Notes under the pieces: generated by a model
Told to the model about the DNA's origin: nothing
The model's input: the letters and a program-made list of their open reading frames with translations, nothing else
Database searches by the model: none
Program-made: the position numbers and the translations under genes
NCBI GenBank assembly: GCA_963846575.1
Contig: CAWJWJ010000001.1
Span: 160,001 to 224,000, forward strand
DNA: 64,000 nucleotides
Direction: 5' to 3'
From: an uncultured Nitrospiraceae bacterium
GTDB lineage: Bacteria > Nitrospirota > Nitrospiria > Nitrospirales > Nitrospiraceae
In this document: positions 47,738 through 56,701 of the stretch, piece by piece
Numbering within the stretch: position 1 is the stretch's first letter
Layout: each line of letters begins with the position of its first letter

Positions 47738-49162
47738 ATGAGTCAGCATCCCCTGTTCACGCTTATCGTTGCCGGGGGGCTCACGGCGGCGCTGGTCGCC
47801 TCCCCGACCGATGCCGGCGCCGCCGGCAAGCCATCGCAAAAAACCTTGCCCGCCAGTGGCTGCGAAAGTCCCTACAAACACACCCGCCCGACGTTGCAAA
47901 AACTGACCGGCCTGCTGGAATCCCATACGCAGTGGCTCATGGACCGGGAATCGGCCGAGGGGCGGCGCGCCAACCTGTGCCGGACAGACTTGCGGGGTCT
48001 TCGCCTGGCGGGCGCGAATCTGGAACGGGCGGATCTTGAGGGAGCCATCCTGAAGGGGACGAATCTGCGCCACGCGAGTCTCATCCATGCACGGTTGAAA
48101 GGCGCCAACCTCTCCGGAGCGATGCTTGACGACGCGACACTCGAAGGGGCCGACTTGCGCAAGACATTGCTGGCCAAGGCCCGTCTCAACCGGGCGGCTG
48201 CGGACGAAGCCGCCTTCTACGGGGCCAACCTCCAGGGCGCGCTCTTTCGGGACGCCACGCTCGAACGCGCCCATTTCGAAGACGCGGACGGGCAATCCGC
48301 CGATTTCAGCGACGCGAGTTTGCTCGATGGTTATTTCTACGGAGCCAATCTCTTTCGGGCCATCCTGACCAATACCGAACTCGGCGGGGCGGACCTGCGA
48401 CGGACCAATCTCCGGCAGGCCAATCTGCGCGAGGCCACGCTCGAAGGCGCCCAGCTCGACAATGCCAGTCTCGATGGCGCGTCGCTGGCGGAGGCCAGCC
48501 TTGACGGCGCCTCCTTAGAAGATGCGTCGCTGGCGAAGGCCGACCTGCGAGAGGCCAGCCTGCGTGGCGCGGACCTTCGGTATGCTTATCTGGGCGGCGC
48601 GAACCTGCAACGGGCCGATCTTGACAGCGCCAACATGGAAGGCGCCGACCTCGCCCATGCCCGGCTGAATTCGGCCAACTTGACCATGGCCATCCTTTAC
48701 AAAGCCACGCTATCCGCAGCCAATCTTCACGGAGCGCGCCTCAATCGCGCCGTACTCATCGGTGCGCAACTCTCGCGGGCCGATCTCCGGAAGGCCGATC
48801 TCTCCGAAACCTACGCGCCGAATGTCCGGTTGCGCCAGGCCCGGCTGGGCGAAGCCAATCTGGAATTAGCGAATCTGGTGGAGGCAGACCTGAGCCTCTC
48901 CGACCTCAGTCATGTGATTCTGGTTCAGGCCAATCTTCAAGCAGCGAATCTCCGCGGGGCAAATCTGAGCGCGTCGGACATGACCGGCACCCAATTGAAC
49001 AATGCGAACCTGCAGCAGGCCAACTTACGGGGCGCGAACCTGAGCGGGGCACTGGGACTGGTTCAGACGCAACTCGACGCGGCCTGCCTCGATGAACGCA
49101 CGACCATTCCGTCGAACCTTCAGAAGCCGCGTCCCTGCCCGGCATCTCGCTCGCGATCATGA
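47738..49162 (+). CDS. Exported pentapeptide-repeat protein
   Basis: Signal peptide followed by a long A(D/N)Lxx array. Confidence 0.92.
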   Translation: MSQHPLFTLIVAGGLTAALVASPTDAGAAGKPSQKTLPASGCESPYKHTRPTLQKLTGLLESHTQWLMDRESAEGRRANLCRTDLRGLRLAGANLERADLEGAILKGTNLRHASLIHARLKGANLSGAMLDDATLEGADLRKTLLAKARLNRAAADEAAFYGANLQGALFRDATLERAHFEDADGQSADFSDASLLDGYFYGANLFRAILTNTELGGADLRRTNLRQANLREATLEGAQLDNASLDGASLAEASLDGASLEDASLAKADLREASLRGADLRYAYLGGANLQRADLDSANMEGADLAHARLNSANLTMAILYKATLSAANLHGARLNRAVLIGAQLSRADLRKADLSETYAPNVRLRQARLGEANLELANLVEADLSLSDLSHVILVQANLQAANLRGANLSASDMTGTQLNNANLQQANLRGANLSGALGLVQTQLDAACLDERTTIPSNLQKPRPCPASRSRS

Positions 49163-49190
49163 CGAGGGCCTGCCGCAGGGCCGGTCGCAC

Positions 49191-50396
49191 CTACCCCTCC
49201 TCGCCTAGACCGTTCAGGCGGCGCCCAGGCTGATCCGGCTCACCCGGCTGCGGAAGGAGGTGCGCAGGCAGGAAAAAGAAACCGGCGATTGCAGTCGGCA
49301 CCACGGCGCTCGCGATGACGGCGGAGACCAGAAAGGAATACTGCTCTTGCGTCACGATCCCGTGACTCAGCCCGTACAGAGCCGAAATGGTTCCGAAGGT
49401 CAGGCCGGTCGACATCAACAGGGTGTAATACCACCGCTCGGCACGTTCGTGCCGGAACAACCCGATCACCGGATAGAGGCCGAAGATCTTGCATGCGACC
49501 TTGCCGGCGAGCAGGACCAGGAATACCGCGGGAGCCGCCAACAAGGCCGGCAGCGACACCAATGTTCCGGCCCGGATGAAATAGACCGGCGTGAGGAACC
49601 CCACCGTCATCGTCCGCAACCGGCGAATCCAATGGCCGTCACGGGCCGCGCTACCGGCCAACACCATGCCGGCCAGATAGGCAGGAAGGACCGCTTCGCT
49701 GCCCGACCAGAACGCGAGCGCCCCCAACCCGAACAACACCAGCATGATCCATTTGGTCCGGATTGCGGCCGTGCGATAGCCGTACCGCCGGGTCAGCCAA
49801 TCCGTGACGGCCGGAAGCGCCGCGAGCATGAGACCGGTGGCCAGGATGAAGAGCGCCGTCCTGTAGGTAAAGGGGGCAAACAGAAGCCCGAGGACGATCA
49901 CCGTCCCCAGATCGTTAATGAAGCAGGACGCGAGGATGCCCTTGCCGAATTCCGTCTTGTTCAAGCCGGTCTCGAGCATGACCGCATAGACCACGGCCAT
50001 CGATGTCGTCGAGAGGGCCACCCCGCAGAGCGCGCTCGCCTGCCAGTTCCAGCCGAGCCCGTAGAAGGCGAGGGCGGTGCATCCCAGGAAAGGCGCGAGA
50101 AATCCCGTGAGTCCGACGACGGTGACTTCCGCCCGTTTGACCCGGATCACGTCGGGGTCCAGTTCCGCTCCCGCCAAAAAGGTCAGGACGACCGCGCCGG
50201 ACGAGGCCAGGAACCGCACCCATTCCGCGTTCAACGCCAGCACCTCGCCGACATTGAACCACCCGGAGCAGGCCGCCATGCCGACTCCGACACAAATTTC
50301 GACCAGCGCGATGGACAGGCGGAGGCGGGCGGCCAGGAGAGCGGAAAACAGGGCGAGGGCAAACCACAGGGAGGCGGTCGCAAAAATCTGGTCCAT
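49191..50396 (-). CDS. Cation:proton antiporter (CPA/Na+-H+ exchanger family, no KTN domain)
   Basis: Multiple TMs, FLAGAELD, LSTTSMAVV, FINDLG, GFLTPVYF. Confidence 0.88.
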   Translation of the reverse strand: MDQIFATASLWFALALFSALLAARLRLSIALVEICVGVGMAACSGWFNVGEVLALNAEWVRFLASSGAVVLTFLAGAELDPDVIRVKRAEVTVVGLTGFLAPFLGCTALAFYGLGWNWQASALCGVALSTTSMAVVYAVMLETGLNKTEFGKGILASCFINDLGTVIVLGLLFAPFTYRTALFILATGLMLAALPAVTDWLTRRYGYRTAAIRTKWIMLVLFGLGALAFWSGSEAVLPAYLAGMVLAGSAARDGHWIRRLRTMTVGFLTPVYFIRAGTLVSLPALLAAPAVFLVLLAGKVACKIFGLYPVIGLFRHERAERWYYTLLMSTGLTFGTISALYGLSHGIVTQEQYSFLVSAVIASAVVPTAIAGFFFLPAHLLPQPGEPDQPGRRLNGLGEEG

Positions 50397-50489
50397 TCAG
50401 GAGTCCTCCGTTCCGGCCGGCGCCAGACAAACCGCCTGGCAGCTCAGGTCACTCGAGGGGTGTGACCTCTCCGGCGCTACGACGGCGCA

Positions 50490-50545
50490 GCGTAGGAGTC
50501 ATCAGCCTGGCCAGGCGTTTATACGGGGGACCCCATCCCCTCTGT
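50490..50545 (-). ncRNA. Fluoride riboswitch (crcB motif)
   Basis: GGGGATGGGGTCCCCCGTATAAACGCCTGGCCAGGCTGATGACTCCTAC matches the GGnGATGGnGTYCnCC...AAACG...GCTRATGACTCCTAC consensus; lies in the antiporter 5' UTR. Confidence 0.92.
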
Positions 50546-50553
50546 CGGTTTAC

Positions 50554-50582
50554 TATATACGGCAGTTACGGAAGGGGATCAA
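50554..50582 (-). promoter_or_regulatory. sigma70-type promoter for the riboswitch-antiporter transcript
   Basis: TTGATC-N17-TATATA just upstream of the aptamer. Confidence 0.55.
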
Positions 50583-50744
50583 GAAATTGTCCGGACCGAG
50601 ACCGTTCGACACTCTTCCCATTTTTCCCACCCACCAATCAGGCATAATCAGGACCATGCGTAAGACGTACTGCGATGGTGCGGGCCTTCCGATCCCGGCC
50701 CCCACGCCGAATCCCCTGCGACGCTCCGTCGCCCGGAGAGCCTT

Positions 50745-51278
50745 GTGAACCGGCAACAGATCGTCGTGATTGCACTGGCCTGCCTGGTCATCGGCGCCGG
50801 GGCGGCCTTTTTCACCTGGTGTCCGCCGGAGGCCTGTCGCGTGCTGCACATTCAGACCTACAACATTTCCACCCTCGACGACTATCGGCGCTTTTTAAGA
50901 GATGAGGCGGCATTCACAGCGGAACGCCATGTCAGGGCGGTCCGGTTGCACTGCTCCAGGCTCCGCGATGAGGTCGTGACCGACCTGAACACCAGGCGGC
51001 TGACCGTAGGGACAAGCAGGCGGAACGGCGTAGCCGGGGCTCAGCGCCCGCCGGATCCGATCACGGCCTGGCACCAGGGACGGCTCTTACATCTTTCGAC
51101 TACGGCGTCCGGGAATCGTCAGGTGCTGGATGCCTGGGCGATGAGCGTCCGGGAGCATATCGCCGTGCAACAGCAGGGCGACTGGTCGTTCCTCCCGCAA
51201 TTGTTCGGCGGCGTCATTATCCATGTGCACAATCAACAGCTCCCCGTGGTCCTGTTCTCAGACCGTCCTTGCGCGTGA
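50745..51278 (+). CDS. Hypothetical membrane-anchored/exported protein
   Basis: N-terminal hydrophobic segment; no recognised family. Confidence 0.6.
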   Translation: MNRQQIVVIALACLVIGAGAAFFTWCPPEACRVLHIQTYNISTLDDYRRFLRDEAAFTAERHVRAVRLHCSRLRDEVVTDLNTRRLTVGTSRRNGVAGAQRPPDPITAWHQGRLLHLSTTASGNRQVLDAWAMSVREHIAVQQQGDWSFLPQLFGGVIIHVHNQQLPVVLFSDRPCA

Positions 51279-51378
51279 GGGCGGTCCTGGCCGACCGTTG
51301 TCCGAGGCTCAATCTGAGTCGACCGCCCGCTCCCACTACTGAGGATGAGGATGGACGGTCGTTATAAAGGAGTTCGTG

Positions 51379-51714
51379 ATGCCTTTCAGTTCGTCGATTG
51401 CGTTGTTCGTTCTCGCCGGACTCTGTGAAATCGGCGGAGGCTATCTCGTCTGGCTGTGGCTCCGGGAAGGAAAATCATTGGGATATGCCGTGGCGGGCGC
51501 GGCATTGCTCATTCTCTATGGGGTCATTCCGACCTTGCAGGCTGCCCATTTCGGCCGTGTGTATGCCGCCTATGGCGGCATGTTCATCGTGCTTGCGTTG
51601 TTATGGGGGTGGGGCGCGGATGGGACCACACCGGATGCCTTCGATCTGGTCGGAGCGGCGATCTGCCTCATCGGCATGGCCGTCATCATGTATGCCCCCC
51701 GTGCCGCGATCTAA
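51379..51714 (+). CDS. ynfA: YnfA/UPF0060 family SMR-like membrane protein
   Basis: [27 protein letters not shown] and C-terminal APR motifs. Confidence 0.92.
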   Translation: MPFSSSIALFVLAGLCEIGGGYLVWLWLREGKSLGYAVAGAALLILYGVIPTLQAAHFGRVYAAYGGMFIVLALLWGWGADGTTPDAFDLVGAAICLIGMAVIMYAPRAAI

Positions 51715-51983
51715 ACGACATCCGTGACCTTACACCGCCTCCGGCATGGCTACCTCCAGCCTCGCTGCGCCGTCGTGTCCGACCGTTCCCCTCGCCTATT
51801 AACTAAATCAAAGACTTCCACCGGCGGCTCTCGCTGACACTGCAATCTCCGTACTCTCACTTAGGGTTCAAGGGCCTCCCGACTAGGTACATCTCCAGCG
51901 GTCTTCCGGCTGGAGTGACGGCACGATGGGACATGAATAGTAAGCCAGGTCCCGCATGTCCATCGCGTACAGGGAGGCATCCC

Positions 51984-52394
51984 ATGAAAACATCCACTCA
52001 GACCGCCTATGTCGCGGCCATGCTGGCACTGATCCTGGCTTGGCCGGTCACATCGCCCGCCGCGCCATCACTTCCGGATGAACCGGACGATGAGTGCCTG
52101 GTCGAACAAACCTTCGATTCGGTCGTGGGACTGCTCTTCCGCGGGTACTCGCTTCGAGGAAACGGCCGGGTGGACTACCGCACGGCCCGTCACATTCTGG
52201 GAATCTCTTTCGATGACCCCGCATCCGCCGAACCCGATGTCGCGCGCTATCCGCTGTTTTACTGGTATGACGCCAATCAGGACGGCCAGTGGGAGATGTG
52301 GGTGGATCGGGAAGAACAAGGGCAGCTGGCCAATGCGGTGCGGTATGACTGGAGACAAGGCGAGGAACTGATCACGTCATCAAAACTCTGGTGA
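51984..52394 (+). CDS. Exported hypothetical protein
   Basis: GGGAGG SD, signal peptide, PLFYWYDANQDG motif. Confidence 0.7.
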   Translation: MKTSTQTAYVAAMLALILAWPVTSPAAPSLPDEPDDECLVEQTFDSVVGLLFRGYSLRGNGRVDYRTARHILGISFDDPASAEPDVARYPLFYWYDANQDGQWEMWVDREEQGQLANAVRYDWRQGEELITSSKLW

Positions 52395-52489
52395 ACCGCA
52401 CATGACAGCCGTGATCCGCCTTCCCTATAATCCGTCAGGCAGCACAGCGGGCGCGTCGAACGCGTGGTCGCTGCGGCCTGCCGACCGGT

Positions 52490-53719
52490 ATGGCCATCAC
52501 ATCCCCCCAAACACTCCGCAAGCTGCCGCCCGGCATCTGGGTTCTGGGCTTCGTCAGCCTGTTGATGGATATTTCTTCGGAAATGATCCACAGCCTCCTG
52601 CCCTTGTTCATGGTGACGACGCTCGGCGCCGGCACCATCGCGGTCGGCCTCGTTGAAGGCCTGGCGGAGTCTCTCGCCTTGGTCGTGAAAGTTTTTTCGG
52701 GCGCCGTCAGCGATTATCTGGGGAAACGGAAGGGCCTGGCCGTGGCGGGGTACGCGTTAGGCGCGTTGACCAAGCCGCTCTTCGCCATGGCACCCGATCT
52801 GGGCACCCTGTTGACCGCCCGCTTGCTGGATCGCGTGGGCAAGGGCGTACGGGGCGCGCCGCGCGACGCGCTGGTGACGGATATTGCCCCGCTACACCTT
52901 CGTGGCGCAGCGTTCGGCTTGCGACAATCGCTGGATACCGTGGGAGCCTTCCTCGGTCCCTTGCTGGCGGTCGCGCTGATGCTACTCTGGGCCAACGATT
53001 TCCGGGCCGTCTTCTGGGTAGCCGTCATTCCGGGCATGATGGCGGTGGCGCTGCTGCTGTTCGGCATACGGGAGCCTGCCTCCCGCCGGCCTACGGTGAG
53101 GACGAATCCGATCCGCCGCGAGAATCTCATGCGGTTGGGTCCGGCCTACTGGTGGGTGGTGGGCATCGGGTTCGTCTTTACGCTGGCCCGGTTCAGCGAG
53201 GCGTTTCTCGTGCTACGGGCCAGGGATGGAGGCATTCCGGTCGCCTTGATCCCGCTCGTGCTGGTGGCCATGAATCTGGTGTATGCCTCGTCGGCCTATC
53301 CGTTCGGGAGACTTTCCGATCGGGTGAGTCACGGCAGGCTCCTCACATTCGGACTCCTGCTGTTGATCGGAGCCGATCTGACCCTCGCCCTGTCCGCTCA
53401 TTGGAGCCTCATCCTGCTCGGCGTCACACTCTGGGGACTTCACATGGGGGCGACACAAGGACTCCTGGCCACCATGGTGGCTGATGTGGCACCGGCCGAT
53501 TTGCGCGGGACGGCCTTCGGCTGCTTCAGCCTGGCCTGCGGAGTGGCGATGTTGCTGGCAAGCCTGTTGGCGGGGGTGTTGTGGGACCGGTTCGGGGCCG
53601 CGTTCACATTTTATGCGGGCGCCCTGTGGTGTCTCCTCACCATCGCGGGGGTCCTGTTTCTCCCCCTCAGCCCCTCACGGCCTTCTGCACCTGCCAGCCG
53701 GCCCTCCGTCACTCCATGA
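52490..53719 (+). CDS. MFS transporter
   Basis: DISSEM, SDYLGKRK, DRVGKGVRGAPRDAL; 12-TM pattern. Confidence 0.92.
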   Translation: MAITSPQTLRKLPPGIWVLGFVSLLMDISSEMIHSLLPLFMVTTLGAGTIAVGLVEGLAESLALVVKVFSGAVSDYLGKRKGLAVAGYALGALTKPLFAMAPDLGTLLTARLLDRVGKGVRGAPRDALVTDIAPLHLRGAAFGLRQSLDTVGAFLGPLLAVALMLLWANDFRAVFWVAVIPGMMAVALLLFGIREPASRRPTVRTNPIRRENLMRLGPAYWWVVGIGFVFTLARFSEAFLVLRARDGGIPVALIPLVLVAMNLVYASSAYPFGRLSDRVSHGRLLTFGLLLLIGADLTLALSAHWSLILLGVTLWGLHMGATQGLLATMVADVAPADLRGTAFGCFSLACGVAMLLASLLAGVLWDRFGAAFTFYAGALWCLLTIAGVLFLPLSPSRPSAPASRPSVTP

Positions 53720-53770
53720 CATGACTGTTCCACCGGCACCGTGACGGCTCTTCCGCAGCGAACGGCCAGG

Positions 53771-56701
53771 TCACCCGGTGCGGCCGCTCGACCGGAGCGC
53801 CGTTTGGATGGTTTCGTGGAGCTGTTCGATAGCCGCCTCCTTGGCGAGAAACGAGACGGCGCCGGCATTTCGCATCACCTCTTCGACCTGCCAGTTATTG
53901 TGGACTGAGAGCCCGATCACCAGGGTGTCCGGCTGCTCCAGTTTGAGCCGGCGCGTCGCCTCGATTCCGTCCATGCCGGGCATGTTGATGTCCATGATGA
54001 CCACCTCGGGCCGCAAGGACGTCGCGAGCGTAATCGCCTGTTCACCGTTATTGGCTTCTCCCACCACTTCGATATCGTCGTACCCTTCGAGGACCGTCCG
54101 GAGACCCTGGCGAAGCATGGCATGGTCGTCCACCAGGAGCACGCGCGTTCTGGAAGATCCGAGCGGGCCTCGCGCGGTGGCTTGCGGCGAAATCCCCGCC
54201 GAGGGGGTGGCCGATGGCAGCTCCGGCCCGCCCGCCGGCTGCTCGCCTTCCTTCCAGGCTTCATCCGGCTCGTCCTTCTCCCCGGCTCCCTCGCTATAGG
54301 GAATCACCAGGGTGATCTTCGTGCCCTGCCCGGGGGAGGACTCGACCATCATGCGCCCGCCCAAGGCATCCATCCGTTCGCGGATACTGAAGAGGCCGAA
54401 CATCGGTGCTGCGACATTCGTGGGGCTGGATTGATCGAATCCCCTGCCTTCATCGGCGACACGGAGGTACAGCATCCCTTCTTCGATCCAGACCGAGATC
54501 GACGCTCGTGATGTCCCCGCATGTTTCGATACGTTGATCAACAGTTCACGCGCCGATTGGAACAGGAGCACCGCCTGGTCTTCCTGAACCGGCGCCTGCT
54601 CCAGGTCGCAATGCACCGTTACGGTCATTTCCTGCCGCCGCATCTGCTCCGCCAGCCACCTGATCGCCACCACCAGACCGAACTCACGCAGCACGGGGGG
54701 GCTCAACTGGGCCACGAGGGATCTGGTATAGGTCAGCGCCTCGTCCAACATCTCATCCAGCTCCAGCACGACTTCTGTCGCCGGACCGAGGTTGCCTCGC
54801 TTCGCCTGGCTCAACTTCATCCGGCCGAACACCAGCAACTGCGCCAGATAGTCGTGGAGCTCCGATGCCAGACGTTGCCGCTCACGCTGCTCCGTCAACG
54901 TCAACTCCGATGCCAGGGCCCTGAGCCTGGTTCGTGACTGGAGCAGTTCGTGGGTGCGCTCCGCAACCCGCTGTTCGAGCTGGATCGTCCAGCCCTGCAT
55001 GTGCTCCTGAGCCTTTTTCCGCTCGGTAATATCGCGCAGCAGGAGGGTGTAGATCACGTCATTGCCCAGATGATTCTGGCTGACGGCAAGTTCGACGGGA
55101 AACTCGGATCCGTCATGCCGAACCCCCAGCATCTCGCGACGGAGTCCCTGCGGGGCTGACCCATTGCCGGCCTGCTCCGTCATCTGCCCCTCGCGATAGG
55201 GCGACGGCATCAACCGGGCGATGTTGCCACCGAGCAGGATCTCGGAGGGATAACCGAACAGCCGTTCCACCGCCGGATTGATGCTATGGATCACCCCGGT
55301 CTCGTTGATGGTGATGATGCCGTCCACTGCGCTTTGCACGATCGCCTTGAGGCGTGCTTCGCTTTCACCCAGAGCAGACGAGGCGCTATACCGCTCCCAG
55401 GCCATGGCGACCAAATGACAGAGTGTTTGGAAAAACCCGACCTCCTGTTCAGTGAACCGTTCTTTCTTCCCGGTCCCGAAGGAAAGGGTGCCCAGCACCC
55501 GCCCGTCACTCGCCTGCAGGGCATGGCAGGCATAAGCCCGTATGCCCATCGTTCGCAATGATTCGGCCCGGGAGTCAGAGGCGATCCGATGGGCGTCGGC
55601 CACGAGGGAGGTCCCGCAGGCGGCCACATGTTCTGAGAACGTGTGCCCTGCGGCAAGTCGTTCGGCCCTGAGGGGGGGCGCGTCGGGCGCTCCGAGTCCG
55701 ATGAGGAGTTGCAGGTCGCCGGTCTTTCCGTCCACGAGATAGTTCAGACAGAGATCCACATGGAGTTGCCCCGCGACCCTCACGTAAATGGATTGCGTCA
55801 GGGCCGCCCGATCCACCGGCACTTCCAACATCATGTGGCTGATTTCGAGGAGCAGGGCTTGTTGCTCCTTTCCGGCACGCAGAATGGCGTCCTGTTGTTT
55901 TCGTTCGGTAATGTCGAGCGCGGTGCCGAGGATTTGCTGCGGCTGGCCCGCCTCGTCCCGGAAGAACACCACGTTGCGGGATAGGAACCAGCGCCACTCT
56001 TTCGACCGGTGCTGCAACCGGCATTCGAATTCGAGCACATCGCCATCGGCCTGGAACGGCAACAGCGCCAGCTGATTCATGACCGAGTCGAGATCCTCCG
56101 GATGAATCCACTGCTGTAAGGTGCTCTGGCCTACCAATTGGAGGTCCTCCGGGGTATATCCAAGCGTGTCGCCGGATCTGGCATTGGCATAGAGATTACG
56201 CTGTTGGCGCAGATCGTAGAGATAGACGGTGGAGGGAGCCGCGTCCACCAGGCTCTTGATGAACCGCTCTCGCTCGGTGAGCTCTTTCAGCAAGACCCGG
56301 CTTTCTTCCTCCCGGTCGTAGAGACGCAGGAGGGCCTTGGCCGCCCCGATCAACTCGGTGGATTCGACCGGTTCGCTTAAATACACATCCGCGCCGCCAT
56401 CCAAACCCATGGCTCGTTCTTGCGGCCTCACGCAGGAGGCGGACACCTGCAGCACCATCACGTGCTCCGTCGCCGCACTCGTCTTGATCAGCCTGCAGAT
56501 CTCGATGCCGCTGACATCCGGCAATCCCACATCCAACAAAACCAGGTGGGGCCGTTCTTCCTGCACCAACCGCAACGCCTCCTTGCCGGTGGCGGCCTCG
56601 AGGACGCGATAGCCGGCCCGCTCGAAAATTCTCGTCTTGGCATATCGAGCGCCCTCGTCGTCGTCCACATTGAGAATGGTATGCCGGTAGGAGGTGCTCA
56701 C
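53771..56701 (-). CDS. REC-PAS-GAF-PAS-HisKA_3-HATPase-REC hybrid kinase
   Basis: N-terminal receiver (NVDDD, LLDVGLP), PAS/GAF, ERQRLASELHD, FGLFSIRER, C-terminal NarL-type receiver. Confidence 0.93.
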   Translation of the reverse strand: MSTSYRHTILNVDDDEGARYAKTRIFERAGYRVLEAATGKEALRLVQEERPHLVLLDVGLPDVSGIEICRLIKTSAATEHVMVLQVSASCVRPQERAMGLDGGADVYLSEPVESTELIGAAKALLRLYDREEESRVLLKELTERERFIKSLVDAAPSTVYLYDLRQQRNLYANARSGDTLGYTPEDLQLVGQSTLQQWIHPEDLDSVMNQLALLPFQADGDVLEFECRLQHRSKEWRWFLSRNVVFFRDEAGQPQQILGTALDITERKQQDAILRAGKEQQALLLEISHMMLEVPVDRAALTQSIYVRVAGQLHVDLCLNYLVDGKTGDLQLLIGLGAPDAPPLRAERLAAGHTFSEHVAACGTSLVADAHRIASDSRAESLRTMGIRAYACHALQASDGRVLGTLSFGTGKKERFTEQEVGFFQTLCHLVAMAWERYSASSALGESEARLKAIVQSAVDGIITINETGVIHSINPAVERLFGYPSEILLGGNIARLMPSPYREGQMTEQAGNGSAPQGLRREMLGVRHDGSEFPVELAVSQNHLGNDVIYTLLLRDITERKKAQEHMQGWTIQLEQRVAERTHELLQSRTRLRALASELTLTEQRERQRLASELHDYLAQLLVFGRMKLSQAKRGNLGPATEVVLELDEMLDEALTYTRSLVAQLSPPVLREFGLVVAIRWLAEQMRRQEMTVTVHCDLEQAPVQEDQAVLLFQSARELLINVSKHAGTSRASISVWIEEGMLYLRVADEGRGFDQSSPTNVAAPMFGLFSIRERMDALGGRMMVESSPGQGTKITLVIPYSEGAGEKDEPDEAWKEGEQPAGGPELPSATPSAGISPQATARGPLGSSRTRVLLVDDHAMLRQGLRTVLEGYDDIEVVGEANNGEQAITLATSLRPEVVIMDINMPGMDGIEATRRLKLEQPDTLVIGLSVHNNWQVEEVMRNAGAVSFLAKEAAIEQLHETIQTALRSSGRTG

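Noticed and set aside
47980..49060. Repetitive DNA that might suggest a CRISPR array or VNTR
   Set aside because: 15-nt degenerate periodicity is explained by pentapeptide coding; no repeat-spacer structure or cas genes in the window
51855..51960. TAGGGTTC resembling a guanidine-I (ykkC) riboswitch
   Set aside because: Not followed by CG, lacks the CTGGTCCRAG and 3' stem elements, and lies downstream of ynfA
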